DNA from: a virus
Length of the DNA: 64,000 nt
Virus record (IMG/VR): IMGVR_UViG_3300029319_000003
Span: 32,001 to 96,000 of that record
Strand: one strand, 5' to 3'
A program made the position numbers and the translations under genes. The number at the start of each line of letters is the position of its first letter. The stretch's first letter is position 1. Below the pieces are notes generated by a model, which was not told where the DNA came from, made no database searches, and worked only from the letters and a program-made list of their open reading frames with translations. Below are positions 52,096 to 62,075 of the stretch, in pieces.

Positions 52096-54037
52096 TGCGT
52101 CTCTCCAAGCCGTCAATCAAGTTTCGTACATCTTGATCGATTTTATTAACTTCGAAAAGAAGTTCTTCTTCTTCACTAGGATAAGTAGTATCCTCGTTCT
52201 CATAAATTCCGTTTGCGAGCCCCATTAAGTCAGAAAGACCCTTATTAATGTTCCGACTGGTGGAACTCGTTATTTCTTTAGACCAGACCCCAGCCATTGA
52301 ACGTGCTCGGGCACCGGCGTCACGACGATCTACATCCACGGGCTGATACCACTTACCTTTAGACAAAGGGGTTGTTGTCATGTCATCGTCTCGCTTACCG
52401 GGCGCAGCAAGAAGTGGTCCTTCATCGCCGCCCTCATCCCCGCCGCCTTCATCGCCGCCGAGATCTCCTCCGAGGTCACCGCCAAGGTCGCCACCGCCCA
52501 TGTCGTCGCCTCCACCCATGTCGTCACCACCTTCGCCGCCTTCACCGCCTTCACCACCGGCTCCGAATCCAAATGAATTCTCAACCTCTTCAGCGACTTT
52601 TTCAAGTGCGGCTTCGACCTTCTTATCATAAAACATTTCGCGCTGTAGTCTGACAATCTCTTGATCTGACAAGCCAAAAACATTCTTCTGTACCCAGCGC
52701 TTGGAGAAGTATCCCTCGGTTGCGCCGCCAGCGATTTCAAACTTGGTCTTCCAGTGCTCCAGTTCTTGAAGTTCAGCAATCTTTGATGGGTTGTTCAAAC
52801 CCAATCCAAAATTAATAAGATCTTCGTTGCGATAGCCGAGTGTGTAAAGATGGATAATGCCAATCTTCTCCAACTCGGAGATTATCGCACGCTGCAACCT
52901 TTGGATGGTCCTTGCAAAGCGAATATCTTTTTGAGCGAGCGTTGACTTATCTTCATCGGCACCTTCACCCCTTGACAGATAAGACATAGGAACTTTAAGA
53001 GCAGCGAACAACTTATCACGCAAATACTTTACGTCATCAATATCACCGGTATAAGTTCCACCGGGCAAAGACTCGATACGAGTCCCGCCACCTGAGCCGC
53101 GAACAGGCAAGAAATAATCTTCATCAATGCTCATTGGATTGTAGCGCAAATCAACGCGACCAGTGCTCGGATCAACAACTTGATTCCGCTTCATCTGTGT
53201 CATCACTCTCTGCATATATTGCTCAACATCCTGCGGGGCGATGTTGCCAACGTCAACATAAAACACGCGGCGCTCTGGAGAGCGTACAATCCGGTACGCC
53301 ATCATTGCATCTTCAAGCAGTGTCAACTGTCGCCAAATACGTCGGGCTGGCTCCAAAACAGAAGTTCCATAGGGAGCATATTTGTCATTACCAAGAATAC
53401 GAAAATGGGCAATCTGCCAGTTTTCAAAAGTCATCCCTGCGGAGTTCCACTGGTATTGAACATAATTTGGGTTCGTCTTATCCTCGCCCTCTAATCGCTC
53501 GATCTCTTCTTGGGGCATACCGATAACACTGGTAATGCCTTGAGTCTCGTCAATGTCCAGATATAGGAAAAAATCGCCAAACTTGCACATGGCGCGGGAC
53601 CAGCCGAACAAATTGTGCTCAATGTTTAGAACCTTATAATATAAAGTGTGCAGGATGCTCTTAATCTCTTCGTTTGGACAGTCGATACGCAACAAGTCGG
53701 TTAAAGCGGTGGCTGTTGTCATTTCATCAGCATATACATCCAGCGATGATGCGATTTCAGGCGTATATTCCATCTGATCAAAATCTACATACCTTTCGGC
53801 GCGATTCTGATTCGACATAATGTTTGCTTGCAACCCCTCAAACGGATTGTACGCTGATTTTTGAAAAGTTTGACCACTAATTGACTTGAAGCGCCCCGAA
53901 TACGGGTCGAGCCGCTTTCTATTGGGCGAAATCTCAGTTTGAGTGCGATAATTCGTAATTGGTCCAGAGAATAGCCGCGTCAATCGCCTAAACAGGGCTG
54001 ATTGGTTATTTTTTGGATTCTTTTTCTGATCTGCCAT
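52073..54037 (-). CDS. Portal protein (T4 gp20-like) with Gly/Asp-rich C-terminal tail
   Basis: EIASSLDVYADE, LEDAMMAYRIVRSPERRVFYVDVGN, DEDYFLP, LKVPMSYL, DIRFARTI. Confidence 0.95.
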   Translation of the reverse strand: MADQKKNPKNNQSALFRRLTRLFSGPITNYRTQTEISPNRKRLDPYSGRFKSISGQTFQKSAYNPFEGLQANIMSNQNRAERYVDFDQMEYTPEIASSLDVYADEMTTATALTDLLRIDCPNEEIKSILHTLYYKVLNIEHNLFGWSRAMCKFGDFFLYLDIDETQGITSVIGMPQEEIERLEGEDKTNPNYVQYQWNSAGMTFENWQIAHFRILGNDKYAPYGTSVLEPARRIWRQLTLLEDAMMAYRIVRSPERRVFYVDVGNIAPQDVEQYMQRVMTQMKRNQVVDPSTGRVDLRYNPMSIDEDYFLPVRGSGGGTRIESLPGGTYTGDIDDVKYLRDKLFAALKVPMSYLSRGEGADEDKSTLAQKDIRFARTIQRLQRAIISELEKIGIIHLYTLGYRNEDLINFGLGLNNPSKIAELQELEHWKTKFEIAGGATEGYFSKRWVQKNVFGLSDQEIVRLQREMFYDKKVEAALEKVAEEVENSFGFGAGGEGGEGGEGGDDMGGGDDMGGGDLGGDLGGDLGGDEGGGDEGGDEGPLLAAPGKRDDDMTTTPLSKGKWYQPVDVDRRDAGARARSMAGVWSKEITSSTSRNINKGLSDLMGLANGIYENEDTTYPSEEEELLFEVNKIDQDVRNLIDGLERRNETKSET

Positions 54038-54043
54038 TGTTTT

Positions 54044-55621
54044 TTACCCCTTATACAGCCATTCAAATTTTTTCATCTGCTCAAGTTCCTTATTCCACTC
54101 TGGCTTGTTCTTAAAACCTTTCATGCCGGGAATTTTAGTGTCCAACTGTGTTGAAGATCTTGTCATGCCGGCAATCATAGCCCGCTTATACTCTACATCA
54201 CGCTGATTAACCACTAAAGCAGTGTCTCTGACCCAACACGCAATCGCCAAAGACATAATTAAGTCGTCATTGTAGCCGCGCATTGCCTGTGGCTTGCCAT
54301 TGTGCCAGATAAAAGTGGTTAATTCGTTTAAAAGTCTCCTTGAACGCAATGTAATTAGTTTATTGCGGATAAACTCTTCGAATTTCGCAATGATTAAAGG
54401 TCTTGTCTTGCCAGAAGTCGTAAAACCCGGTACAGAGTTAGAGACATTCTCTGCCTCATACGGATCCAAGTATTGATGACTCCCTTTTGTTGAATAATAC
54501 AGATTACTATAACCCATTTCTATGAGTTTTGTTAAGACCGAATATCCAATATTGTTATTTTCTACAACAAGCATGGCATTTCCATACTCTCGGGCTGCAT
54601 CGAACAACACTGTGGCAAAGAAGTCGGGCTCGGGCTTGCCTTGATATTCCGCTACCTGCTCAAGATCAGTAAGATCAATAATGTGAAAAACTGAGAAATC
54701 TCTTCCGTCACCACGGGCAACGTCCGCAGATAAAATATATGTATGAGTCGGGTCATATTCCTTCCAAATGTAAAAATTTCTATCAAATCCTGTCTTATGC
54801 TTGGGATCGATTATTGACTTTTCAATTACTCCAATATCTTCTGGATGAACAACTGTCTCGCCAGACATATTAAAATTGCATTCAAGTTCTTGGGCGATCT
54901 CCCGTCGAGACATGTTACGAGTTTCTTTTTCGAACCACTCCATGTCTCGATCAGGGTGCATATCCCACGGCAATGTTGTCAAATAAAAATCATTGTCTTC
55001 TTCTTGAGCGTCCGTACAAGTCTGGTGGAACCAGTTTCCCACACCGTTTGGAGTAGACAGGGCGATACATCGACCACCAGTAGACAGCGTGGGGTACAAG
55101 CCCATCCACAACTCCTCTAGACCTTCAATGTGTGCTGCCTCGTCCAGTACAAGCAAAGACAACGCCTCCGAACGACCGGCATCAGCGCTGGTTGAGGATG
55201 CTTTGATTTGGGATCCATTCGTCAACTCAAACGAGGTGCGGTTGTCAATTTCAATTTGTGCAACCTGTAGCCAATCAGGAACACCCTTCATGATTGCCTT
55301 CACCTTCTTAACCAAGTTGGCAGCGGTACTAAATTTTGTTGCCATTACCAAGATATTCTTATCTCGGTGGAATAACATCATCCAAACGACGTATCCGGCA
55401 GTAAGGGTCGAGATGCCCAACTGGCGGGCTTTCAAAATGACATTGAAGCGATAGTCGTTGAATGACTGTAGTAGGTCGTCTTGAAAGTCATAAGTCTGAA
55501 ATGGGATCAGACCTTGCATGGGGTGAGAGATCTTACAATAATTGTTTAGAAAATATGCCGGGTCTTTACCGCACCTGACAATCTCTTTTACCAGTTGTTG
55601 TTTGCTTGGAGTATAAGCCAT
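54044..55621 (-). CDS. Terminase large subunit (gp17-like)
   Basis: ILKARQLGISTL (Walker A), LVLDEAAH (Walker B), STPNG, QELECNF, SADVARG, NDDLIMSLAI. Confidence 0.96.
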   Translation of the reverse strand: MAYTPSKQQLVKEIVRCGKDPAYFLNNYCKISHPMQGLIPFQTYDFQDDLLQSFNDYRFNVILKARQLGISTLTAGYVVWMMLFHRDKNILVMATKFSTAANLVKKVKAIMKGVPDWLQVAQIEIDNRTSFELTNGSQIKASSTSADAGRSEALSLLVLDEAAHIEGLEELWMGLYPTLSTGGRCIALSTPNGVGNWFHQTCTDAQEEDNDFYLTTLPWDMHPDRDMEWFEKETRNMSRREIAQELECNFNMSGETVVHPEDIGVIEKSIIDPKHKTGFDRNFYIWKEYDPTHTYILSADVARGDGRDFSVFHIIDLTDLEQVAEYQGKPEPDFFATVLFDAAREYGNAMLVVENNNIGYSVLTKLIEMGYSNLYYSTKGSHQYLDPYEAENVSNSVPGFTTSGKTRPLIIAKFEEFIRNKLITLRSRRLLNELTTFIWHNGKPQAMRGYNDDLIMSLAIACWVRDTALVVNQRDVEYKRAMIAGMTRSSTQLDTKIPGMKGFKNKPEWNKELEQMKKFEWLYKG

Positions 55622-55624
55622 TCA

Positions 55625-55894
55625 TCACTCCGCTGCCGGCGAGAGTGCCCCACTTTCCTCCAGTGAAACCAGCATGTCCATAATAATGTTTGCCTGCTTT
55701 GAGACATACGAAGCATACTCAGAAGCAGTAACATGGGACGGGGAGTCTCCCATGTCTTGTGCGGCTTCCAATAGTCCCATTACCGCCTTCTTTGCGGCGT
55801 CTGCCTTCTTCTGCGGACTCATGCCCATGCCGGCGTTTTCGCGGAGAAGTTCCTCTTTAATAATTTGCTTCAAGCGGTGTCTTGTAATTTCCAT
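55625..55894 (-). CDS. Small protein with ITRHRLKQIIKEE N-terminus
   Basis: Start 55894 follows the previous stop; contains IIKE and LLRE. Confidence 0.65.
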   Translation of the reverse strand: MEITRHRLKQIIKEELLRENAGMGMSPQKKADAAKKAVMGLLEAAQDMGDSPSHVTASEYASYVSKQANIIMDMLVSLEESGALSPAAE

Positions 55895-55896
55895 GC

Positions 55897-56442
55897 CTAC
55901 TGCTCTCCCTTGCGTGTGACGTTGCTGGGCTTCTTGGCGCTGTCGCGGCTCAATGCCAGCCAATCTTTCATCGCCTTATCGAGCCGATCTTCGCTTGACT
56001 CGTTTTGATTTGCAACAACAGCATCGCCATAGTTTCCAACGTCATACATGCAATTGGCTTGAACCCATGATCGGTGGCGGTTTAGGGACTGCACCATAAC
56101 ATCAATTTCGCCAACCTTCTTAAGATTGAGCGCACTCTTTGTTACCTTCTTGTATTCTTTCTTCAAAAAGGATGCGATCTCTTCAATCATGCTTGACACC
56201 TCACCTTCGAAGTCTTTGCCGTGAACCTCTTCCAAGGGCACCTCGCTGTGGTACTTGATACATAGTTGGTCGCCATGAAGCGCAACCTTGAATCCGTCCA
56301 TAACACGACGGTCTGTAATGTCCACATCCTCTTCTCTACGCAAGCCAATCTTTACGGGCTCGCCATTCTCATCTAGCGCACCATCGTGCGTGTTGGCAAT
56401 TGCTTGAGAGATACCCCTAACAATTTCAAGTACATCAGCCAT
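55897..56442 (-). CDS. Hypothetical protein
   Basis: 181 aa, AGGAGA RBS. Confidence 0.8.
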   Translation of the reverse strand: MADVLEIVRGISQAIANTHDGALDENGEPVKIGLRREEDVDITDRRVMDGFKVALHGDQLCIKYHSEVPLEEVHGKDFEGEVSSMIEEIASFLKKEYKKVTKSALNLKKVGEIDVMVQSLNRHRSWVQANCMYDVGNYGDAVVANQNESSEDRLDKAMKDWLALSRDSAKKPSNVTRKGEQ

Positions 56443-56839
56443 TTTTATTTTCTCCTAAATTGGGTCGCCACCCGCCTGACCATCTTTCTTCTCGACCATC
56501 AACATGTTGTACAAAACATTGATAGCAACAACTGAACTTCGTCATATAAACGTCATCCCGCGATTCAAAAGAATATTTTTCACAAACCGGACAAGTGCGA
56601 TTAGATTCTTTATTAAGTAGTTTCTTTGTGAGCAAAAAGCCATCTTCTGTGTTGACAGTTTCAGAGCGTTCTTGATACCGCCTATCTCGTTCACTCAAAA
56701 TTTTAATTTGCTCTAAATAGTCACCCTCTTTCGCGTCGTCCCACCCCTTTTTAGGATTGGTAACGGTGTCTTCGCCCCACTCTTCGGATATGGCTTTTTC
56801 GACACGGGCAATATAGTTTAAATCTCTTTTCTGACTCAT
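56435..56839 (-). CDS. Hypothetical protein with C-terminal Cys cluster
   Basis: ATG 56839 overlaps the upstream stop (ATGA); CPVC...CCYQC. Confidence 0.75.
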   Translation of the reverse strand: MSQKRDLNYIARVEKAISEEWGEDTVTNPKKGWDDAKEGDYLEQIKILSERDRRYQERSETVNTEDGFLLTKKLLNKESNRTCPVCEKYSFESRDDVYMTKFSCCYQCFVQHVDGREERWSGGWRPNLGENKNG

Positions 56840-57309
56840 TTCGCTGCCCCTGAAACTGCATATGTAATGCCGATAGTTGTTGCAGCACCTCCGACGAACC
56901 CAAGGACAACCCATAGCGGCGTCAAGTCTCGGCGCTTTACAATTACGTCTTCTAAATTCTGAATATGATTATCGCGAGACGACAATTGGGTTGTGTACAA
57001 GTCTCTCTCAATCTGCCAAAGACGCCGCTGTGACTCAAGTTCACTTTCCGAAATGTTCAGTCGATATTGCAGATCATTCCGCAGCAGATCGACCTCCAGT
57101 TGATGATCAAATTGAATTTTAATCATGGCATCTGGCGTCAAGAGGATACCGGCAAACGGAGCCGGGGTGCCTTGCGACAGAGACGTAACTCTCAAATCTA
57201 AGGGCACCGACGGTGTAGCACTCTCTTCTTCTGCAAACACCGGGGCTGGAAAGATAAGCCCACAGGAGACAATGCCAGCAACAATTGAATTTAAAAACTT
57301 ATTCCACAT
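56836..57309 (-). CDS. Membrane/secreted coiled-coil protein (spanin-like?)
   Basis: Signal-like N-terminus, coiled coil, C-terminal TM segment LWVVLGFVGGAATTIGITYAV. Confidence 0.55.
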   Translation of the reverse strand: MWNKFLNSIVAGIVSCGLIFPAPVFAEEESATPSVPLDLRVTSLSQGTPAPFAGILLTPDAMIKIQFDHQLEVDLLRNDLQYRLNISESELESQRRLWQIERDLYTTQLSSRDNHIQNLEDVIVKRRDLTPLWVVLGFVGGAATTIGITYAVSGAAK

Positions 57310-57694
57310 GTGTTAGTCCGTATAGTTTAGCAAGTTCTTTTGCCATAGCATCGGGGTCTTCCCGCGCTGCCTCGGCAGCAGACAAAAGTGCCTCGCGGTT
57401 CTCGGTTGTAATTTGTTTTTCCTTGATGCCGTGCTCTTCTGCCAACCTCTTCAGTCCTTCTGCATATTCTTTCTGTACTTCCATTTGGCGCTCATGGGAA
57501 TCTTGCAAAGCCTTAATCTCTGCATCGGACTGTTCCTTTCTCGATGACATGACCTTAAGAATGCCTGCTGTGTTACGGCGTCCTGTAAAAAACCCAACCG
57601 CCAACAGCGCAACACCCACAGGTAACCACCAGTTGTGTTTAATCCAAATCCATGCTTTTTTCAAAAAAAGTTTTGTTGCTATCCAACTAACCAT
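57299..57694 (-). CDS. N-terminal TM plus coiled-coil protein (i-spanin-like?)
   Basis: WWLPVGVALLAVGFF followed by a charged coiled coil. Confidence 0.5.
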   Translation of the reverse strand: MVSWIATKLFLKKAWIWIKHNWWLPVGVALLAVGFFTGRRNTAGILKVMSSRKEQSDAEIKALQDSHERQMEVQKEYAEGLKRLAEEHGIKEKQITTENREALLSAAEAAREDPDAMAKELAKLYGLTHVE

Positions 57695-57941
57695 GACTAC
57701 CTGACTTCCAAGCAACTGCTAAATCAATCGCAGCCTGCGAGCCGATGTATACCAAAGAGATTGTTACCCAATCGCTTGATGTTAAATTTCCTGTGAAGAG
57801 GAGCGCCCACGTTGCAGTCGCCCAGACCATGAGTTTACGAGAAACAAGTCTTCCGACAATCTTGTCTGCGATGCCCTTCTTGTCAGATTCCCAAAAATCC
57901 GATTGATTAACAGTGATTTCATTTTTTTCTTCTTCAGCCAT
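57687..57941 (-). CDS. Holin-like small membrane protein
   Basis: SRKLMVWATATWALLF...WVTISLVYIGSQAAIDL, two TM segments; GGAGGG RBS before ATG 57941. Confidence 0.55.
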   Translation of the reverse strand: MAEEEKNEITVNQSDFWESDKKGIADKIVGRLVSRKLMVWATATWALLFTGNLTSSDWVTISLVYIGSQAAIDLAVAWKSGSHG

Positions 57942-57971
57942 ATTGGTGCCCTCCACCAATACATAGTTCCC

Positions 57972-60900
57972 CTAATGGTTTACATGAGCGTGCCGATCCT
58001 TCTTTTCAATAGAAATTTGGTGATCCACGCAGTCCTTTAGCGAATCCAAGTGGGAAATCAAGAGCACCGTTTTGAAATATGTCTTGACAATATCCAGCAA
58101 GCGAACAAAGCCTTCCATGTTTTCTTCATCAAGCGCAGTACCCGGCTCATCCAAAATGAAAATATCTCCCTTGGGCATAGACGACACGTTTAACAGTGCC
58201 AAGCGGATTGCCATTGCGGCAATAGTCTTCTCGGCTCCAGAACCCATTTCTAGCGGTCGAGGAGCGAAGTGTGGATGCTTAATCAAGATGTTCAAGCGCT
58301 TGTCGTCGTTTTCCATAATAACTGAAAAGTCAACAATATTCGCGAGCACCTTTGCAATCTCTTCATTAACAAGTGGCAGTCGCTTCTTGATAATGTCCAA
58401 CGAAATGCCATTGCTATGCATGCACTTCATAAAGAGATCTTGCGCTGCATACTGGTTCCTCAACTCCTCCATCTCCTGACGCTTTGCTTCCAGAGATTTG
58501 ATCTGCTGCTCATAGCCGCCATGCAATTTATAAAGTTCCATGACCTTTTCTTCACATGTGTCGAGGTCACATTCCAACTCTACCAAGTCATCTTCAACAT
58601 CAGATCTCTGAGACATTAGTCTGCCGAGATTTTCGATGGACTCCCTATTCTCTTCGTACTTCTTAATACGGCTCTGATGGAATGCAATCTCACTCTCAGT
58701 TCGAACAATAGCGGTCTTTGACTTCTCAACAACAAGTTGCTTTTTTGCAATCTCTGATGTGAGAGTCGAAAGGCGATCAACCACTTGAGCATATTTTTCA
58801 AATTGCCAATCTACCTGCTGCGGATCCAACTTCTCAATCTCAGTAGAGGTATCGCCTTGCTGCTGACTGTATTCAGCGAGCAAGCCCTCGACGGCAGTCA
58901 ACTTCTTTTTTGCCGAGTATGCATCACGAATGAACTTGCAATGCGAAAACTCTTCGCCACAAGGAACCTCGTTCAACAAGCGAACCTTGCGAGTGTATAC
59001 CTCTTGATTGCGTTCCTCCAGCGCTATGTCTGCCAGAATCTTGTTCAACTCATCCTTCTTTGACTTGATGATCTCACGTCGTTCTTCCAGTGCCTCCAGA
59101 TCAAATGTTTCCAAGAAGCGATCTATCTTCTTTTGCTTTTCTCGATGTTCAACAATCTCTTGAATAGTCGTGCGAACCTTTTCTTCTAATCTGGTGTGCT
59201 GGCTCTTGGCGGCTTGCAGATTTTCGACCTCCTGATCATAATTGATAATGTCCACAGGCACCGACTCAATTTTCTCGGTAAGACCTGCAATCTTCTTTTT
59301 CAGAGCAAGAATTTGAACACGCTGGGAGTCACACTTATCTCTAAAGTCTTCTGTTTCAACTTCATTCTTTGTTAGCAGTGTTTGTGTTTCCTGCAACTGT
59401 CCGTCAAAATCAATGTCTTCCAACTTTTTAAGATGTGTCTTTGTTTCCGCGTTCAAATCTTTGGCTAGTTTAAACTTTTTATCAAAGATCTCCAAGTCCA
59501 AGAACTTCGCCAGAATTTCTTTTCGCTTCGTTGAACCCTCGGCAATGAACGCGAGCGAATCCAACTGGCTTGCCATTGAGGTAAGAAGAAAGTCGTCAAG
59601 CGTACCAAAGATTTTTCGAATAGCCTTATCGGTATCGTTTCGGCTCATACCGTTTAACGGCTCTTCTGTCGTCTGGTCGCTGACAGAAAAATTAACCGTG
59701 GTCTTCGCTTCTTCAGACTCGACACCTTTCAACTTCTTAATATATTTTTCGGCGCTGCGTTCAATTGTATATGTGTTTTCTCCAATATCAATTTCAACCT
59801 TGCCTCGACCTGACTGCTCGTTTTGATTAATAATATTGACGTTCTTGCGGTCGCGCTTCGAAGTAGAGTTGTAGATCGTCCACAGCAGACTATCAATAAT
59901 TGACGATTTGCCAGAGAAGTTCTTACCGAAGATACCAACAATCCCTGAAGTCTCTTCGAAATTAATAGTGTTGTTTTCCCCGTAATTAAACAAGTTATCA
60001 AACTCTAGCGAGCGCAAACGCCAGTTAATATTGCGCTGAACCTCTTCGTCTTCCTCTGCTATTTTATTATATGCGCGGTTGAGTTCAACTACCTGATCCA
60101 ACAAATCTGGTTCAACCTGATAGTCGCTCAAGTACTCACGAATCAACTCCTCTTGCACAACAGGGTCGCGTAGATTTTTATTAGCAAAGTCACCAGAAAC
60201 ATCAATCGACCCGCGATCACCCGCAGTGCGATTTAAAAATGTAATAGCCTCTGGCTTGAACCTCTTCTGGGCTACATCCACCGCCTTCCTAACTGCGTTC
60301 AATGGGGTGCTATGGTTTGCAACCAAGCGAATTCTTGCACCGGGCTCGACGTGTGTCTTTTTTGGAATGCGACCCTTTGCAGTCAATTCAATTGTGACAA
60401 ACGGACGGGGGTTCTTAAGGATATGGTGCTCGCAAGTAAAGTTATCTTTATCTTCAATATCCCAAATCAAAAAACCCTTATCATTAGACTCGCCGTGGTT
60501 CTGCTGTACCGTCGAGCCGCAATACCGAACTCGCCCCTCTTCATCCAAGATCTGGTTGGTCTTATGAATATCGCCCAGCATGACATAATCGTGACCCTCA
60601 AAGATTGATATGTCATGATCGCCGTGCTGCATGATAAAGCCAGTGTCAGTGGTCACGCCCGCCACGGAACCGTGGTATAGGGCGATGTTAACCCTTGAGT
60701 GGTCGCTCGGCTCAACCCAACCTTCTTCATCGAACACGCTTAATACATTGAGCGTGAAATCATCGTTCAGTTGCGTTTCACCGGAACTCTTGAGCAGATG
60801 TAGGTTGTTAAGCCCCAAGGCGTCCACAATGGGTGTCAAGGCGTCCTGACGGCTACTGTTCTTTAGGTTACCGTCGTGGTTGCCCAAGATGATATATGTC

Positions 60901-61121
60901 GGAGCGATTGCCGCCAAGCCTCTAAAGAAGTTCGAACACATTTCCACAAACTCAGGAGAGATTTGTGTTTTCGTGTGAGCAATGTCGCCACAGTGAATAA
61001 TGTAATCGACATTTTCTTCTTTTAGAATATCATACAGCCTGTCAAACACCTCTCGGTATTCATAATGATATTTTAAATTTTTAATATGCGTATCCGCAAT
61101 GTGTGCAAACTTAGTACTCAT
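57972..61121 (-). CDS. Fused SbcD/Mre11 nuclease - SbcC/Rad50 ATPase (gp47-gp46 fusion)
   Basis: Phosphoesterase motifs ADTH, GDIAH, GNHDG, LYHG, LGDIH; Walker A GKNFSGKS; signature GSGAEK; Walker B ILDEPG; LISH. Confidence 0.93.
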   Translation of the reverse strand: MSTKFAHIADTHIKNLKYHYEYREVFDRLYDILKEENVDYIIHCGDIAHTKTQISPEFVEMCSNFFRGLAAIAPTYIILGNHDGNLKNSSRQDALTPIVDALGLNNLHLLKSSGETQLNDDFTLNVLSVFDEEGWVEPSDHSRVNIALYHGSVAGVTTDTGFIMQHGDHDISIFEGHDYVMLGDIHKTNQILDEEGRVRYCGSTVQQNHGESNDKGFLIWDIEDKDNFTCEHHILKNPRPFVTIELTAKGRIPKKTHVEPGARIRLVANHSTPLNAVRKAVDVAQKRFKPEAITFLNRTAGDRGSIDVSGDFANKNLRDPVVQEELIREYLSDYQVEPDLLDQVVELNRAYNKIAEEDEEVQRNINWRLRSLEFDNLFNYGENNTINFEETSGIVGIFGKNFSGKSSIIDSLLWTIYNSTSKRDRKNVNIINQNEQSGRGKVEIDIGENTYTIERSAEKYIKKLKGVESEEAKTTVNFSVSDQTTEEPLNGMSRNDTDKAIRKIFGTLDDFLLTSMASQLDSLAFIAEGSTKRKEILAKFLDLEIFDKKFKLAKDLNAETKTHLKKLEDIDFDGQLQETQTLLTKNEVETEDFRDKCDSQRVQILALKKKIAGLTEKIESVPVDIINYDQEVENLQAAKSQHTRLEEKVRTTIQEIVEHREKQKKIDRFLETFDLEALEERREIIKSKKDELNKILADIALEERNQEVYTRKVRLLNEVPCGEEFSHCKFIRDAYSAKKKLTAVEGLLAEYSQQQGDTSTEIEKLDPQQVDWQFEKYAQVVDRLSTLTSEIAKKQLVVEKSKTAIVRTESEIAFHQSRIKKYEENRESIENLGRLMSQRSDVEDDLVELECDLDTCEEKVMELYKLHGGYEQQIKSLEAKRQEMEELRNQYAAQDLFMKCMHSNGISLDIIKKRLPLVNEEIAKVLANIVDFSVIMENDDKRLNILIKHPHFAPRPLEMGSGAEKTIAAMAIRLALLNVSSMPKGDIFILDEPGTALDEENMEGFVRLLDIVKTYFKTVLLISHLDSLKDCVDHQISIEKKDRHAHVNH

Positions 61122-61130
61122 TATTTCTCC

Positions 61131-62075
61131 TTAAATCGAAGCAATTGCTTGCGTGAGCATGTTCTCAAACGTCATCGGCACTGCTCTCGTCATTCTTTCT
61201 TTATACTGTTGCCGGGTCATTTCACCAACATCTGAATATGGTGAGATATTGACTTTGTACAACTCCACATCGTACTGAGCCAAAGATTTTATTAAACTCA
61301 TCGCTCTCTTTTCCGCATCCGCATCAAGTGCAATATAAACCGGCGTATCATATTCCACAATCTTGCGAATAAGTTTGGAATCCTCACGCAAAGAAGATCC
61401 CAACAGTGGCACTGCGTTTCCTGCTGTGATTGCATCAAACACACCTTCCACAATAGACAAGTCGCTCTCCCAGTCTACATATAATTCATTAAAAACCACG
61501 TCACGCCCCGCTGGGGGGTTAAGATATTTTCTCCAGTTACCATTATAACTCCTTGCTGTGAAATAGTTAACCTTTCCTTCCATGTTAAAAGAAGGCACAA
61601 TTATTCGATCCTCATACTGACCTGTAGGACAATATCCAATCTTCCATCTAAGAATGTCGTCCGTGCCGACGCCGCGATCAAACAAATATTTCTTTGCAGG
61701 TAGTGCTCCAAGTGAGGACTTGCGAGATGTTAGAGATACAAACTCGTCTGGCAACGACATAAACTCTTCAGGCTCTTCACGGGTCAAGCCCAGCAGCCCT
61801 TCAGCCATCCTCGATTCGAATGAGGATATATCAACGCGCCCAACCAACTTGTTCCATTCTTGCTGCTGCGAAAAGGTACCGTGTCTTCGCACCAAGCGAC
61901 GAACAGACGTACCTCGGTAATCACAAACCCAGCACTTGAACTTGTCTTTGGATATATTGACTGATAACTTCTTTTTGTGGTGCTTACACTCTGGGCAGTA
62001 GAATAGCCACTCTGTGCCGGAGTTGTATGTGTCACCAAGAAACTCTTTTAGGATGTTGAGTTTCTTTCCTTCCAT
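61131..62075 (-). CDS. dnaG: DNA primase (Zn finger plus TOPRIM)
   Basis: CPEC...FKCWVC, RIIVP, IVEGVFDA, ALDADA, DVGEM. Confidence 0.9.
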   Translation of the reverse strand: MEGKKLNILKEFLGDTYNSGTEWLFYCPECKHHKKKLSVNISKDKFKCWVCDYRGTSVRRLVRRHGTFSQQQEWNKLVGRVDISSFESRMAEGLLGLTREEPEEFMSLPDEFVSLTSRKSSLGALPAKKYLFDRGVGTDDILRWKIGYCPTGQYEDRIIVPSFNMEGKVNYFTARSYNGNWRKYLNPPAGRDVVFNELYVDWESDLSIVEGVFDAITAGNAVPLLGSSLREDSKLIRKIVEYDTPVYIALDADAEKRAMSLIKSLAQYDVELYKVNISPYSDVGEMTRQQYKERMTRAVPMTFENMLTQAIASI

